Assembly (NCBI GenBank): GCA_022564935.1
Contig: JADFKM010000001.1
Coordinates: forward strand, 464-64,463
DNA: 64,000 nucleotides
Direction of reading: 5' to 3'
DNA from: Candidatus Dadabacteria bacterium
GTDB taxonomy: Bacteria > Desulfobacterota_D > UBA1144 > Nemesobacterales > JADFKM01
The translations under genes and the position numbers were made by a program. Every line of letters begins with the position of its first letter. The stretch's first letter is position 1. The notes beneath the pieces were generated by a model. That model was not told the origin of the DNA, did not search any database, and was given only the letters and a program-made list of their open reading frames with translations. Of this stretch, positions 1 to 10,145 are shown piece after piece.

Positions 1-1150
1 GTCCCACGCCGACCGCATCCTGCAGCTACCACCGGGCTTCGTCACCATCGCCTCCTCCCTAAACTCCCCCATAGCCGCGATCAAGAGCGAGGAGATGCAA
101 ATATACTGCACACAGTTCCATCCCGAGGTCGTCCATACCATGCAGGGCATGGACATCCTCTCGAACTTCGTTCTCGGAATAGCGGGCTGCGAGGCCGACT
201 GGACTCCCCGCTCGTTCGTCGAGGTCGCCATAAGGGACATACGCGAGAGGGTGGGCGATGGGAGTGTAATCTGCGCCCTTTCGGGGGGCGTGGACTCTGC
301 TGTGACTGCGATGATAGTGGAGCGGGCGGTGTACGACAGGCTGCGCTGCATATTCGTGGACACGGGGCTTCTGAGGCAGGGGGAAGCAGTGCAGGTGGTG
401 GAGACCTTTACCGGGATGGGGTTTAACCTCATACACGTAGACGCGGTAGATAGGTTCCTTAAAAGGCTCAAGGGTGTGACAGAGCCTGAGCGGAAGCGAA
501 AGATAATCGGGGAGGAGTTCATCAGGGTGTTCGAGGAGGAGGCCGGGCGCATCGGGGGCGCTAAGTTCCTGGCGCAGGGGACCCTGTATCCCGACGTCAT
601 AGAGAGCGTGAGCGTCAGGGGGCCGTCTGCCACCATAAAATCCCACCACAACGTGGGCGGGCTTCCCGAGAGGATGGACCTCGAGCTGATAGAGCCGCTG
701 CGGGAGCTATTTAAAGACGAAGTGAGGGAGGTGGGCAGGGAGCTTGGCCTGCCGCCCGAAGCGCTCGACCGTCACCCGTTCCCGGGGCCGGGACTGGGAA
801 TAAGGATCATGGGCGAGGTGACCCCTGAGGCTCTCCACATGCTCAGGGCGGCCGACGCAATTTTCATCGAGGAGATACGCAGTGCGGGAATTTATGACGA
901 CATATGGCAGGCTTTTACCGTGTTCCTCCCCCTCAGGACTGTAGGTGTTATGGGGGACGAGAGGACGTATGAGAACATCGTTGCGCTCAGGGCGGTGACC
1001 AGCACCGACGGCATGACTGCCCAGTGGGCGCGCATACCCTACGAGGTGCTTGAAAGGGTCTCTTAGAGGATTATAAACGAGGTGAAGGGCATAAACCGCG
1101 TAGTGTATGACGTCTCCACAAAGCCCCCGAGCACCATAGAATGGGAGTGA
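1..1150 (+). CDS. guaA: GMP synthase (glutamine-hydrolysing); 5' end outside window; interrupted by in-frame TAG at 1064-1066
   Basis: Frame opens at base 2 (SHADRIL...). Motifs [44 protein letters not shown]. After the TAG the same frame continues [27 protein letters not shown] to TGA at 1148-1150. Confidence 0.95.
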
Positions 1151-1333
1151 GCCGGGCGCCCGTGAGAGCGCGGCGTTATGGAGAACATGTGCCGAAAGTG
1201 TTATAATTCCTCGATAATTCTATTATAATTAGCAACTGATGCGAATTGACGCTTTAAGGCGGATGCGTGGATAAGAGGCGGAGCGGGAGGGTGTTCTAAA
1301 CGGAAGCGTTTCCCGCGGCCCGAACCGGGAAAA

Positions 1334-2392
1334 ATGATCGACAGGATAATAGACCTCTTGAGGGGCCTTAAGGATCATATAGACGCTGCAATTAAGTTGG
1401 CTAAACCCGCCCCGAATGACTTAAATCAGGGGCGTAAAGGGCTAAAAGGGAGCGGGGAGGAGCAGCGCGACCCGAAAAGAAAGCAGATCATCAAGGCGGT
1501 GCGGATGCTCGAGAGCGACCGGCTCGAAACGCGTCTCCTGGGTATAACGGAGCTCGAGGAACTGGCCAGGGATTCAAAAGACCGGCAACGCAGGATAATA
1601 GAGGCCCTTACGGCGTGTGTGAGGAGGAACTCTCCCTGGTATCTATGGAAGTCCTACGTGCAGTCCAAGGACAGCTTGCTCAAGCCCGGCGCCGACATTC
1701 AATCCATACTTGAGATAGTCGCTCACTACAAGCGCAAGTGGAACGGCGACGAGGATTACCCCATCGACCTGAGCAGAACCGACCTGCGCGGGGCCGACCT
1801 CCGCAGGGCGCGCCTTGAGTGGGCGAACCTTCAGGAATCCCATCTCGAGAACGCCGATATGGTGGAGGCCAACCTCCACGGCGCATTCATGGCGAAGACA
1901 AGCATAAAGAAGGTGAGGCTTCCGCTTGCCGAGCTTGCATACGCATTTCTCGAATACGCCAACATGGAGGGAGCCGACCTGAGGAACGCCAACCTCAAGA
2001 ACGCGAGGCTCATAAAGGCCAATCTCAAGTGGGCGAACCTCGGCGCCTTCATCGACCCTGAAGGTCGCATTCACGGGAGCGCCAACCTGGAGGGCGCCAA
2101 CCTGGAGGGCGCGAACCTCCAAAACGCCAACCTCAGCGGCGTCAACATGAGCGGTGCTAACCTGTGGGGGGCGAAGCTCCAGGGGGCCAATTTCGATGCG
2201 GCAATCCTCAAGGACGCCAACCTCTCGTACACGAAGCTCAAGGGGGCGAAGAACCTCACCGCAGAGCAGTTGAGCAAGGTAAAGACACTGTACCTGGCAA
2301 AGCTCGACCCGCAGCTCATGGTCGAGGTGTCTATGAAGGCGCCCCAGCTTCTAGTGCCCACAAACATCTTCGACATGCTCAAAGAGCAGTGA
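1334..2392 (+). CDS. Pentapeptide-repeat protein
   Basis: Long A(N/D)Lxx run (ANLEGANLQNANLSG), preceded by an RLLGITELEELA helical segment. Confidence 0.85.
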   Translation: MIDRIIDLLRGLKDHIDAAIKLAKPAPNDLNQGRKGLKGSGEEQRDPKRKQIIKAVRMLESDRLETRLLGITELEELARDSKDRQRRIIEALTACVRRNSPWYLWKSYVQSKDSLLKPGADIQSILEIVAHYKRKWNGDEDYPIDLSRTDLRGADLRRARLEWANLQESHLENADMVEANLHGAFMAKTSIKKVRLPLAELAYAFLEYANMEGADLRNANLKNARLIKANLKWANLGAFIDPEGRIHGSANLEGANLEGANLQNANLSGVNMSGANLWGAKLQGANFDAAILKDANLSYTKLKGAKNLTAEQLSKVKTLYLAKLDPQLMVEVSMKAPQLLVPTNIFDMLKEQ

Positions 2393-2474
2393 TAAACCCC
2401 TAGTTATTGTTGCATCCCTTTGAAAGTGATACAGGGGAGCAGTATCCTGTTACTTTAAAAATCGCACATCGGAT

Positions 2475-3662
2475 ATGGATAAAGTCTTGTCGAAATTTAA
2501 AGAGAATTTAAGAAGACTTCAACGCTTTATAGGCAATTTATTGCAAAGAGTGTTAGCCGGAGTTGGCTGGGGTATGGACTCCATCAAGGTTTTGTCGGAA
2601 AAATTTTATAAGAAATTAATTTCCATATGGAAAGAAAGTATTGAAGGTCAACTCTTTCTTGTTCCATTACTTTGGAAATATAAGATTCCACTGCTAGAGA
2701 TACTGGCTTTACTTATAATTTCTTCAGTATTATTATGGGGATTTATACTTTTATTGCTGCCCCCCGCCTCCGATGTTTACAACCCGAGAAAGGAAGCCCT
2801 TGAACTTTCTATTAAAATTATCGCAGGTGCTTTATTACTCGTCGGTCTCTATTATGGTTGGCGGCGCATTACAATAGCAGAAGAAGGGCAAATAACGGAG
2901 CGGTTCACTAGGGCTATTGACCAGTTGGGGAAAATTGACAATAAAGGGAAATCAGTTATCGAAGTCCGCCTCGGCGGCATCTACGCACTTGAGCGCATAG
3001 CCCGTGACTCTGAAAAAGACCACTGGCAGATTATGGAAGTTTTGACGGCATATGTTCGTAAAAATGCTCATTGGACTGGCGAGAAGGAAAAAGAGAAAAT
3101 TGACGAAAAGTGGAAGTCTGGGGAATCTAAGGAAGTGGGTGAGCAAGGTGAAAAGAAAGAGCAAAAACCGCGTGAAGATATCCAAGCAATAATAACGGTG
3201 ATAGGTCGTAGAAGTGATGAACGCCGGAAATATGAAAAAGAAAAGGGGTATGTCATTGATTTAAGCAAAACAGACCTTCGGAGAGCCGACCTTAGGAAAG
3301 CAAAACTTGAGGGAGCCAACCTATTTGATGCAAATCTTAAGGGAGCCGACCTAAGAGGAGCAAATCTTGAGAGAGCCAGGCTAATAGGAGCAAATCTAGA
3401 GGGAGCCTGGCTATGGTCATCAAATCTTGAGGGAGCCATCCTAGTGGGAGCAAATCTTGAGGGAGCCGACCTAAAAGGAGCAAATCTAAAGGGGGCAAAT
3501 CTCAAGGGAGCTAAAAAATTAACCACAGAACAGCTTTCAAAGGTGGAAACGCTTTACGAAGCCAAATTAGATAAAGAGCTTATGGAAGAGATAAAGGAAA
3601 AATGTCCGCCTCTTCTGGAAAGACCGGAAGAGGAAATATTTGTGTTCAAGGGAGATCTTTAG
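2475..3662 (+). CDS. Membrane-anchored pentapeptide-repeat protein
   Basis: Two hydrophobic helices, the [13 protein letters not shown]...[12 protein letters not shown] motif, then ANLEG repeats. AT-rich coding. Confidence 0.85.
   Translation: MDKVLSKFKENLRRLQRFIGNLLQRVLAGVGWGMDSIKVLSEKFYKKLISIWKESIEGQLFLVPLLWKYKIPLLEILALLIISSVLLWGFILLLLPPASDVYNPRKEALELSIKIIAGALLLVGLYYGWRRITIAEEGQITERFTRAIDQLGKIDNKGKSVIEVRLGGIYALERIARDSEKDHWQIMEVLTAYVRKNAHWTGEKEKEKIDEKWKSGESKEVGEQGEKKEQKPREDIQAIITVIGRRSDERRKYEKEKGYVIDLSKTDLRRADLRKAKLEGANLFDANLKGADLRGANLERARLIGANLEGAWLWSSNLEGAILVGANLEGADLKGANLKGANLKGAKKLTTEQLSKVETLYEAKLDKELMEEIKEKCPPLLERPEEEIFVFKGDL
3301..3510 (+). repeat. 30-bp tandem DNA repeat (about 7 units) encoding the pentapeptide solenoid
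   Basis: Consensus CAAATCTTGAGGGAGCCnnnCTAnnnGGAG recurs at 3301, 3331, 3361, 3391, 3421, 3451 and 3481. Confidence 0.85.
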
Positions 3663-3667
3663 CAAGT

Positions 3668-4477
3668 TCACCCGCTCCTGAGCACGAACTTTACGGGCAC
3701 GGTGACCCAGCTTGCCACAGGCACTCCGGCTCTCCGGCCGGGATAAAAAACCCACTGCTTCACGGCATTAAGCGCCGAGTCGTCAAGCGCCTCGTGGCCC
3801 GAGGAGCGCTTAAGCTCCAACGCGCCGACGGTGCCGTCCTCAAGCACACGCACCCTCAACAAAACCGTCCCCTGCTCTCCCCTGCGCCTGGCCGAGGGCG
3901 GGTAGGGAGGCTTTGGGTTGAGTCTGTAGTCGGGGTGAGCCGTGACCTCCACGGCGGGCAGTGTGTGCGACTCCCCGGAGCTTGAAGAGGCAGACAGAAG
4001 GCTAAGCTGCTCCTCGTTATTGTGCGGGTTATTATGCGGGCTATTTTGCTGGCTATTTTCCCGGCTACTTTTCTTGCGGTCTTGAGTTGCGGAAGCGGCG
4101 CTTTCACGAGGCGGGCTCAGTGTGAGTGAATCGGCTTGTATAGGCGTTGACTTTACGTAGGGTTCGCTCGTTTGCCGCTGCGGGCTCGGGATAGGTGAAA
4201 CTGCATCTATTGGCGCCGGTTGTTCGCTTGTTTTCGTGTGTGCCCGAACGGTGGTTTTGCTCTTTTGTGTGCGCTCTTGTTTATCGGCACCCCTGCTCAC
4301 GACCTGTATGTTTATCAGGCCGCGTCCGGAGGTGTGTACCTCGATGCGGAAGAAGACCGACAGCGCAGATACCAGGGCGATGTGGAGCGTGATGGAGATT
4401 AAGAGGAACTTCCAGATGCGCCCGCGGGGGTTACGATTGCCCTCGGCTCCGTTTTTTCCCGCATCACGCGCTGCTAT
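3668..4477 (-). CDS. TonB family energy transducer
   Basis: C-terminal PPYPPSARRRGEQGTV...SSGHEALDDSALNAVKQWVFYPG. The frame stays open 59 codons above the ORF-track start (4300) and encodes the TM anchor FLLISITLHIALV. The start is uncertain (ATA at 4477). Confidence 0.85.
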   Translation of the reverse strand: MAARDAGKNGAEGNRNPRGRIWKFLLISITLHIALVSALSVFFRIEVHTSGRGLINIQVVSRGADKQERTQKSKTTVRAHTKTSEQPAPIDAVSPIPSPQRQTSEPYVKSTPIQADSLTLSPPRESAASATQDRKKSSRENSQQNSPHNNPHNNEEQLSLLSASSSSGESHTLPAVEVTAHPDYRLNPKPPYPPSARRRGEQGTVLLRVRVLEDGTVGALELKRSSGHEALDDSALNAVKQWVFYPGRRAGVPVASWVTVPVKFVLRSG

Positions 4478-4675
4478 GTCTCTGCCCTCCGGTGCGTGTT
4501 TTCAAGACCGCGGATTGTACCGTTAGAGCTAAATATTATAGTCGAGTCGGGGAAAAATCCAGGCAAAAGCGGCGGGGTAGAAGGGTGGAGGGAGTAAAAA
4601 GTTTGGTTAGGGCGGCGCATGACTTCCATGTGGGTAGGGGATGATTGGTTGTGATAAGAGGGGGTAACCGGAGGG

Positions 4676-5698
4676 CTAATCGGCCGCCTTAACGAGGTTG
4701 CGCCCCGAGCGCTTGGCGTCGTAAAGGGCCTCGTCCGCGGCGGCGAAGAAGCACCGGAACTTCGAGTTCCTCTTGGGGGAATGGGAAGCTGCGCCTATGC
4801 TTACGGTCAGGTACTTGTACACCTTGGATTTATCGTGCGGTATTTGGAGCTTAATTACGCTCTCGCGCATCTTCTCGGCCACCGTCAGAGCGCCGTTTAT
4901 GTCGGTGTTGGGAAGGAGCGCCGCGAACTCTTCGCCGCCGTGGCGGGCTATGATGTCAGTGGAGCGGTTGAGGGTGTCCTGGAGTGAGTTAGCGACTTTT
5001 ATAAGGCATTCGTCTCCCATCAGGTGTCCGTGGGCGTCGTTGTAAGGCTTGAAGTGGTCAATGTCGACGATAAGCAGCGTAAGGGGCATGGATTCCCTTG
5101 TGGCGCGGCTCCACTCGATGTCGAGGAACTCGTCGAAGCCCCTGCGGTTCGAGATGCCCGTGAGCCCGTCCATGGTGGATATGCGCCGGAACTCCCTGTC
5201 TGCCTCTTCGATGCGCTGCTGGAGCTGCAGGATCTTGTAGTCCCGCTCCAGGAGAGCCTCTTTCGTTTCGATAAGCAGCCGCTCCTGCGCCCTTTTCTTG
5301 CGAGCCTCAACGGTGATCCTGAGCGTGTTGGCCACCCTGGCCAGGAGCACGGGCTTTTTGAGCGGAGCGGTCACAAAGTCCGTCAAGCCCGCATCGAAGA
5401 ACTTCTCCAGGAAGTCGTGATGGGTGTCTTCTGTGATCCCAAGGATGGGGATAGCGTTCGTGAGTTCGCCTGCGGCAAGCTCCCTGCATGACGAAAGCCC
5501 CTTGCCAGGGCGGATGTCGAGTATGATCAGATCCGGGGCGAATGCCTTTTCGATGCTGGGCCTAGTCTCATTGAGCTTCTCGAAGAGCTCCGCGGGCGAG
5601 GGAAACAGCAGCAGATCGGAGTAGCCGGCGGAGTGCAGGAGGGATTTGAGCTTCGAGGCGGTTTTTTCCGCTAAATCTATGGTTGCTATGGCGCTCAT
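4676..5698 (-). CDS. Response-regulator diguanylate cyclase (REC-coiled coil-GGEEF)
   Basis: PDLIILD receiver, DGLTGISNRR, RSTD I-site, RHGGEEF. Start set at MSAIA. Confidence 0.9.
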   Translation of the reverse strand: MSAIATIDLAEKTASKLKSLLHSAGYSDLLLFPSPAELFEKLNETRPSIEKAFAPDLIILDIRPGKGLSSCRELAAGELTNAIPILGITEDTHHDFLEKFFDAGLTDFVTAPLKKPVLLARVANTLRITVEARKKRAQERLLIETKEALLERDYKILQLQQRIEEADREFRRISTMDGLTGISNRRGFDEFLDIEWSRATRESMPLTLLIVDIDHFKPYNDAHGHLMGDECLIKVANSLQDTLNRSTDIIARHGGEEFAALLPNTDINGALTVAEKMRESVIKLQIPHDKSKVYKYLTVSIGAASHSPKRNSKFRCFFAAADEALYDAKRSGRNLVKAAD

Positions 5699-5865
5699 TT
5701 GATTTACATTAACGGCTTGGAGCCGGGTCTCAAACCCTTGCCCCCTCAATACGGGCTTTCGGTAATGATAGTATAATCCGGGGGGCGATTTCAAGCACAT
5801 GCCCCTCGGGGGGCAGCTGCGCTTCGGCGCGGGCGTGTGTCGCGGCGCCGGTGGAAGGGCAGCCC

Positions 5866-7104
5866 TCAGCCTCGGCTACTTTTTTTACCCACCACGACTT
5901 TAAGCTCCTCTATGGTCCTGGGAGAGGCCTTTGTGACAGTAAATTTTTTGTTCTCGTATTGTATTGTGTCCCCGACATTGGGTATGGAGCCGAATCTTGA
6001 CAGTACGAATCCGCTCAGGGTTTCGTAGTCCCCCTCGGGTATGTTGAGACGCAGCTCTTCGTTTAACATGTCGATCTCGATCCCGGGGTTCACCAGGAAC
6101 TGGTTTTCACTGATCTTTCTCCACAGCTTTACGCCCTTGTCGTACTCGTCCTCTATCTCTCCCACTACCTCTTCGAGTATGTCCTCGATGGTCACGGCCC
6201 CGACGGCACCCCCGTATTCGTCCACCACCACGGCCATGCCCGCCGTGCTCTTCTTCATGAAATCGAGCAGCTCGTCGACGCCCATGCTTTCGGGAACGTA
6301 CATGGGCTTTCGGGAGAAGTTTTTCACAGGCGCTTTGGGCTCAGCTCCCAGCAGGTAAAAGGCGTGGAGCATACCGGTGATGTTGTCCACCCTGTCGTGG
6401 TAGATGGGCATTCTGGTGTGGCCGGTTTGTTTGATAATGCCTATTGCATCGCGAGCCGAGGTGTCTTCGCTCACGGCTGTTACGTTTATAAGCGGGATCA
6501 TGATCTCATCCGCGCGGGTCTCCGAGAAGTCGAATATCCTCTTCATGATGAGCTCCTGCTTCCTGGGGTTGGGCTTGGTGGCTTCCTGCTGGATGGCGAG
6601 GCGCAGCTCCTCTCTGGTTATAAAGGGGTTTTCCGTGCTCCCTATAAGATTCAATGCCGCCGAGGTGAACTTCCTGACCAGGAAGAGGACGGGGAAGAAC
6701 AGCTTCGAGGCTACCCACAGGGGGTATATGGAGGCGAGCGCCATCGGGTTGCTGTGCTTATGGAACACGGCCTTGGGCACCACCTGGCCGAATACCACTA
6801 TCAGGGGCGAGAGGATCAGGATGGTGTAGAATTCGCTCCCCGCTCCGTAGCGGTCTTGGATGAAGAAGGTCAGCACGACCGTACTCACGATGAGCGAGAG
6901 GTTTATGCCCACCAGCGTGGTGCTGATGAAGTGCTCTATTTCGTGGAAGGAGCGCATCAGCAGTACTGCCCTCTTCGAGCCCTTCTCGGACAGGGCTTTG
7001 ATCTTGATCTTGTCGCACGACACGAGGGCAATCTCGGAGCCTGCGAAAAAGGCCTGGAGCACGAGACAGAGCGCTATCACCACCACAACGAACTCAAGCG
7101 ACAT
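5866..7104 (-). CDS. CNNM/CorB-HlyC family (DUF21-CBS-CorC) membrane protein
   Basis: [12 protein letters not shown] pair with HTRMPIY and VVDEYGG...[25 protein letters not shown]. Confidence 0.9.
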   Translation of the reverse strand: MSLEFVVVVIALCLVLQAFFAGSEIALVSCDKIKIKALSEKGSKRAVLLMRSFHEIEHFISTTLVGINLSLIVSTVVLTFFIQDRYGAGSEFYTILILSPLIVVFGQVVPKAVFHKHSNPMALASIYPLWVASKLFFPVLFLVRKFTSAALNLIGSTENPFITREELRLAIQQEATKPNPRKQELIMKRIFDFSETRADEIMIPLINVTAVSEDTSARDAIGIIKQTGHTRMPIYHDRVDNITGMLHAFYLLGAEPKAPVKNFSRKPMYVPESMGVDELLDFMKKSTAGMAVVVDEYGGAVGAVTIEDILEEVVGEIEDEYDKGVKLWRKISENQFLVNPGIEIDMLNEELRLNIPEGDYETLSGFVLSRFGSIPNVGDTIQYENKKFTVTKASPRTIEELKVVVGKKSSRG

Positions 7105-8434
7105 TGGCCACCTCCCCCTCGTCCCTCCTCACGCGGAGCTGCGATATCCTCTTGCCCGAAATGCCCGTAACGGTGAACTGGATGCTCCCGAAATTTACCT
7201 GCTCCCCGCTCTGGGGAAGCCTTCCGAACAGCTCAAACACGAACCCCCCGATTGTTTCGGGCTCCATATTCCTGATTATCGAGCTCTCGATTTCAGTGCC
7301 CAGTCGCTCTATGCCCCCGTACCTCAGGACGTTAAAGAGAAGGGAGCCGTTGAACTGGTCTATTTTCATGCTCCCGGGGACTATGAACGACTCCTCGTCC
7401 CTCGTGAAAAGGGGCTCCTGGGCCAGCCGCCTCTCATCCTCGAACTCGCCGAACAGCTCTTCGAGTATGTCTTCCATGGTCACCACACCCTCGACCCTTC
7501 CGTACTCGTCCACGGGAATTGCCATGTGAATCCTCTTTTGCTGGAACTCGGTTAGGAGCTCAAGGCCGTTTTTGTTGGTGGGGATGAAGTAGGGCGGCCT
7601 GCATATCTGCTCGATGCTCGTATCGGGTTGTTTGTCGGCGGTGAGCAGGTCTTTTGCGAATAGGATTCCCACTATGTTGTCCCTTTCGCCCTTGTAGACC
7701 GGTATTCTTGAAAAGCCCTTGCCGGTAACCTCCCCGAGAGACCGCTCTAGGGTCAACTCGGCGGGCAGCATGAAGCATTTGATGGCGGGGGTCATTATTT
7801 TGTATGCCGAGACGTCTTCGAGCTTGAAAAGCCCCTCGACCAGCTTCCTCTCTATATTGGTCATTACGCCCTGCTCGCCGCCGATGCCAAGCAGCGCCCT
7901 GACCTCTTCGCTGGAGAAACCCCTGGAGGGCTCGCGGCGCATGTTCACCCCAAGCAGCCGCACAATCATGACCGAGACTGCCGTGAAGACCCACCTAATG
8001 GGGGTTATCGAGAGGTGAAAGTAGCTTATGGGGTATGCCACTGCGGTCGAGATAAACCTGGGGAACTTTACCGCAATTGTCTTGGGCCCGATTTCGCCGA
8101 GTAGCAGCAGGGTTGGGGCAGCGATGAGAAGCGAGAGAAGGGTGAGGAAGTTCTCGGAGGAGTGGGAGAGGAGCTTCCTCACGGTGAGGGCGACCATACT
8201 TGTGTATGCGACGTTGAACACCTCGTCTGCAAGCAGTATGGTCGTTATGAGCTTGTGGGGCTCTTTGAGGAGCGCCTCTATTTTCTTTGAGCTCCTGGGG
8301 CGCTCTTTTTTGAGCCTGTCGCGCTGGTGCCGGCCCAGGGAAAACAGGCTGGTTTCCGACATGGAGAAAAACCCCGAGAGTCCGAGGAGAATGATCATAA
8401 GTATTAAGCTGGAAAGCAGCGGCAGCTCCGTCAT
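7094..8434 (-). CDS. CNNM/CorB-HlyC family (DUF21-CBS-CorC) membrane protein
   Basis: SGFFSMSETSLFSL, GEIGPKTIA, FSRIPVY, VDEYG...TMEDILEELFGE. Confidence 0.9.
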   Translation of the reverse strand: MTELPLLSSLILMIILLGLSGFFSMSETSLFSLGRHQRDRLKKERPRSSKKIEALLKEPHKLITTILLADEVFNVAYTSMVALTVRKLLSHSSENFLTLLSLLIAAPTLLLLGEIGPKTIAVKFPRFISTAVAYPISYFHLSITPIRWVFTAVSVMIVRLLGVNMRREPSRGFSSEEVRALLGIGGEQGVMTNIERKLVEGLFKLEDVSAYKIMTPAIKCFMLPAELTLERSLGEVTGKGFSRIPVYKGERDNIVGILFAKDLLTADKQPDTSIEQICRPPYFIPTNKNGLELLTEFQQKRIHMAIPVDEYGRVEGVVTMEDILEELFGEFEDERRLAQEPLFTRDEESFIVPGSMKIDQFNGSLLFNVLRYGGIERLGTEIESSIIRNMEPETIGGFVFELFGRLPQSGEQVNFGSIQFTVTGISGKRISQLRVRRDEGEVANVA

Positions 8435-9420
8435 CGTTTTTCGCCGAAGTGGACAAAACCCTTCTTTTCGTATTTTGCCTCTTCCCCTCCGCGCTCAAGA
8501 ACCCTTAGGCCGGGGGATGCTGTAGTTGAGCCTATCTTGGTAATTTGAACCCCGAGGGACTGTCCCAGGGCCGCGAGCTCTCCGGTGAGGCCCGCCCTTG
8601 CCGTAAAGAGCAGCTCGTAGTCCTCTCCGCCCGAAAGGGCCAGCTCGAAGAGGTCTTCGTGGAGCTTGTCCGATAGCTCACGGAGCGCCCCTGAAAGGGG
8701 AAGGTCGTTAAGACGAACCTCGGCTCCCAGGCCGGATGGCCCGACGATGCGCAGCAAGTCGAGCAGCAGGCCGTCGCTTACATCTATCATCGCCGCGGCA
8801 AGCCCACGCAAGGCAAGCTCCCTTCCGAGCGAGAGCCTGGGGGTGGGGTGTGTATACCTGCTAAGCAACTGCGCTGCGGCCTCGCCTCGGGCGACCATGC
8901 CTTCGGCCTTCAAGCCCAGAGCGGCGTCACCCAGGGTGCCGCTCACGTAGATGTCCTGCCCGGCGCTTGCTCCTGACCTTCTGACCAGGTGCTCGGGCTC
9001 CACTTCACCCAGGGCAGTGATGTCTATAAACAGCGTGTCCGAGGCGCATATGTTGCCCCCGATAAGCTCCACGCCGAATTCGTGACAGGACTCCGAGAAC
9101 CCCTCGATAAGCTCCTTGAAGAACGCCTCTTCGACCCACCCGGGGAGTCCCGCAGAGGCGAGGAAGAACTTGGGCACTCCGCCCATCGCCCCTATGTCGC
9201 TCAGGGCCACAGCGATGGCCTTGCGCGCAAGCTCCCTGGGGCCGATGCGGGACAGTGTAAAGTGGGTGCCCTCGACCTGTGAGTCGGTTGTGGCGAGCTG
9301 GAGCTTTTTTGAGCCGCTCCTCAAAGCGGCTGCGTCGTCTCCAATACCTAGCTCAACGCAGCGAGACACGGGTGAGAATCGCTCTTCCAAAAGCTTTAGG
9401 GCACTTAACTCATCAATCAT
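8431..9420 (-). CDS. thiL: Thiamine-monophosphate kinase
   Basis: GIGDDAA, VEGTHF, SDIGAMG, IDVSDGL, LSGGEDYELLFT. Confidence 0.95.
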   Translation of the reverse strand: MIDELSALKLLEERFSPVSRCVELGIGDDAAALRSGSKKLQLATTDSQVEGTHFTLSRIGPRELARKAIAVALSDIGAMGGVPKFFLASAGLPGWVEEAFFKELIEGFSESCHEFGVELIGGNICASDTLFIDITALGEVEPEHLVRRSGASAGQDIYVSGTLGDAALGLKAEGMVARGEAAAQLLSRYTHPTPRLSLGRELALRGLAAAMIDVSDGLLLDLLRIVGPSGLGAEVRLNDLPLSGALRELSDKLHEDLFELALSGGEDYELLFTARAGLTGELAALGQSLGVQITKIGSTTASPGLRVLERGGEEAKYEKKGFVHFGEKR

Positions 9421-9743
9421 TTTAGTCTATGATTGTAAATGGCGTGTTCAGCGCGGCTGGAGTTTTGCGTAAGGTTATAAACTGAAAGGAAAGAAAAACG
9501 GATTTATTAAGTGACTTGTCCATAGTTCTATCTTAAACTATGTGGATAGATTTAAACTCCCTCTACGAAATTCGTTATCCCCAACTATTGCTTATTCCCC
9601 AATACCCCCCCCTCTAAAATAATAGGGGGTACGGGGGGATATGTCAAACGTAAGCATTTGGTTTTGCAGTGCTTCTCTTTATCATCGACTGTGCCATTTT
9701 CTAATATTAGATTGTCTTAAGTTTCATTTTAACCCTGCAATTG

Positions 9744-9960
9744 TTAGGAGGAGGTTAATATATCCATCAGCTCATGGGCAAGAAACAGTTTTATTATGTC
9801 GTCCTCGCCGTTCCTTTCCGCCACGGCCAGGGCAGCTCTAAGCTCATTTGAGTTTGATAGGGGAGGGTTGCGGAGTAGCCCGCAGCGGGCATCAGAGCGG
9901 CCGCAAACAGTACTAATAGAGCTAAACGTATAGGCGCGGGAAGTAAATTCCATGATTCAT
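9744..9960 (-). pseudogene. Probable remnant of a secreted ankyrin-repeat gene
   Basis: GAGGAG RBS with ATG. A signal peptide (LALLVLFAAALMPAAGYSA) lies in one frame and an ankyrin-like half repeat (AALAVAERNGEDDIIKLFLAH) in another. Confidence 0.45.
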
Positions 9961-10145
9961 TTATCCACTCTCCTCGGGGTCAAAAATCGCTAAAATTTGA
10001 AGGCAATCTTATCAATTATAAAAATATTTGGCAAAAAAGCCAATATATACACTAAAGTATAATTTATACCTAAATAATTACGTTAACTAAAGGGGGCTCA
10101 TCGGTCTTTGACACTCGGGGCGGGTAATCATAAAATGTAAGGTGT

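Noticed and set aside
1064..1066. Genome-wide TAG recoding or pyrrolysine
   Set aside because: nnr, argC, lipA and others end normally in TAG, no pyl genes are seen, and the other internal stop (21533) is TAA.
3301..3510. CRISPR array or DGR variable region
   Set aside because: Units are contiguous, in frame and lack spacers. No cas gene, reverse transcriptase or template repeat is seen.
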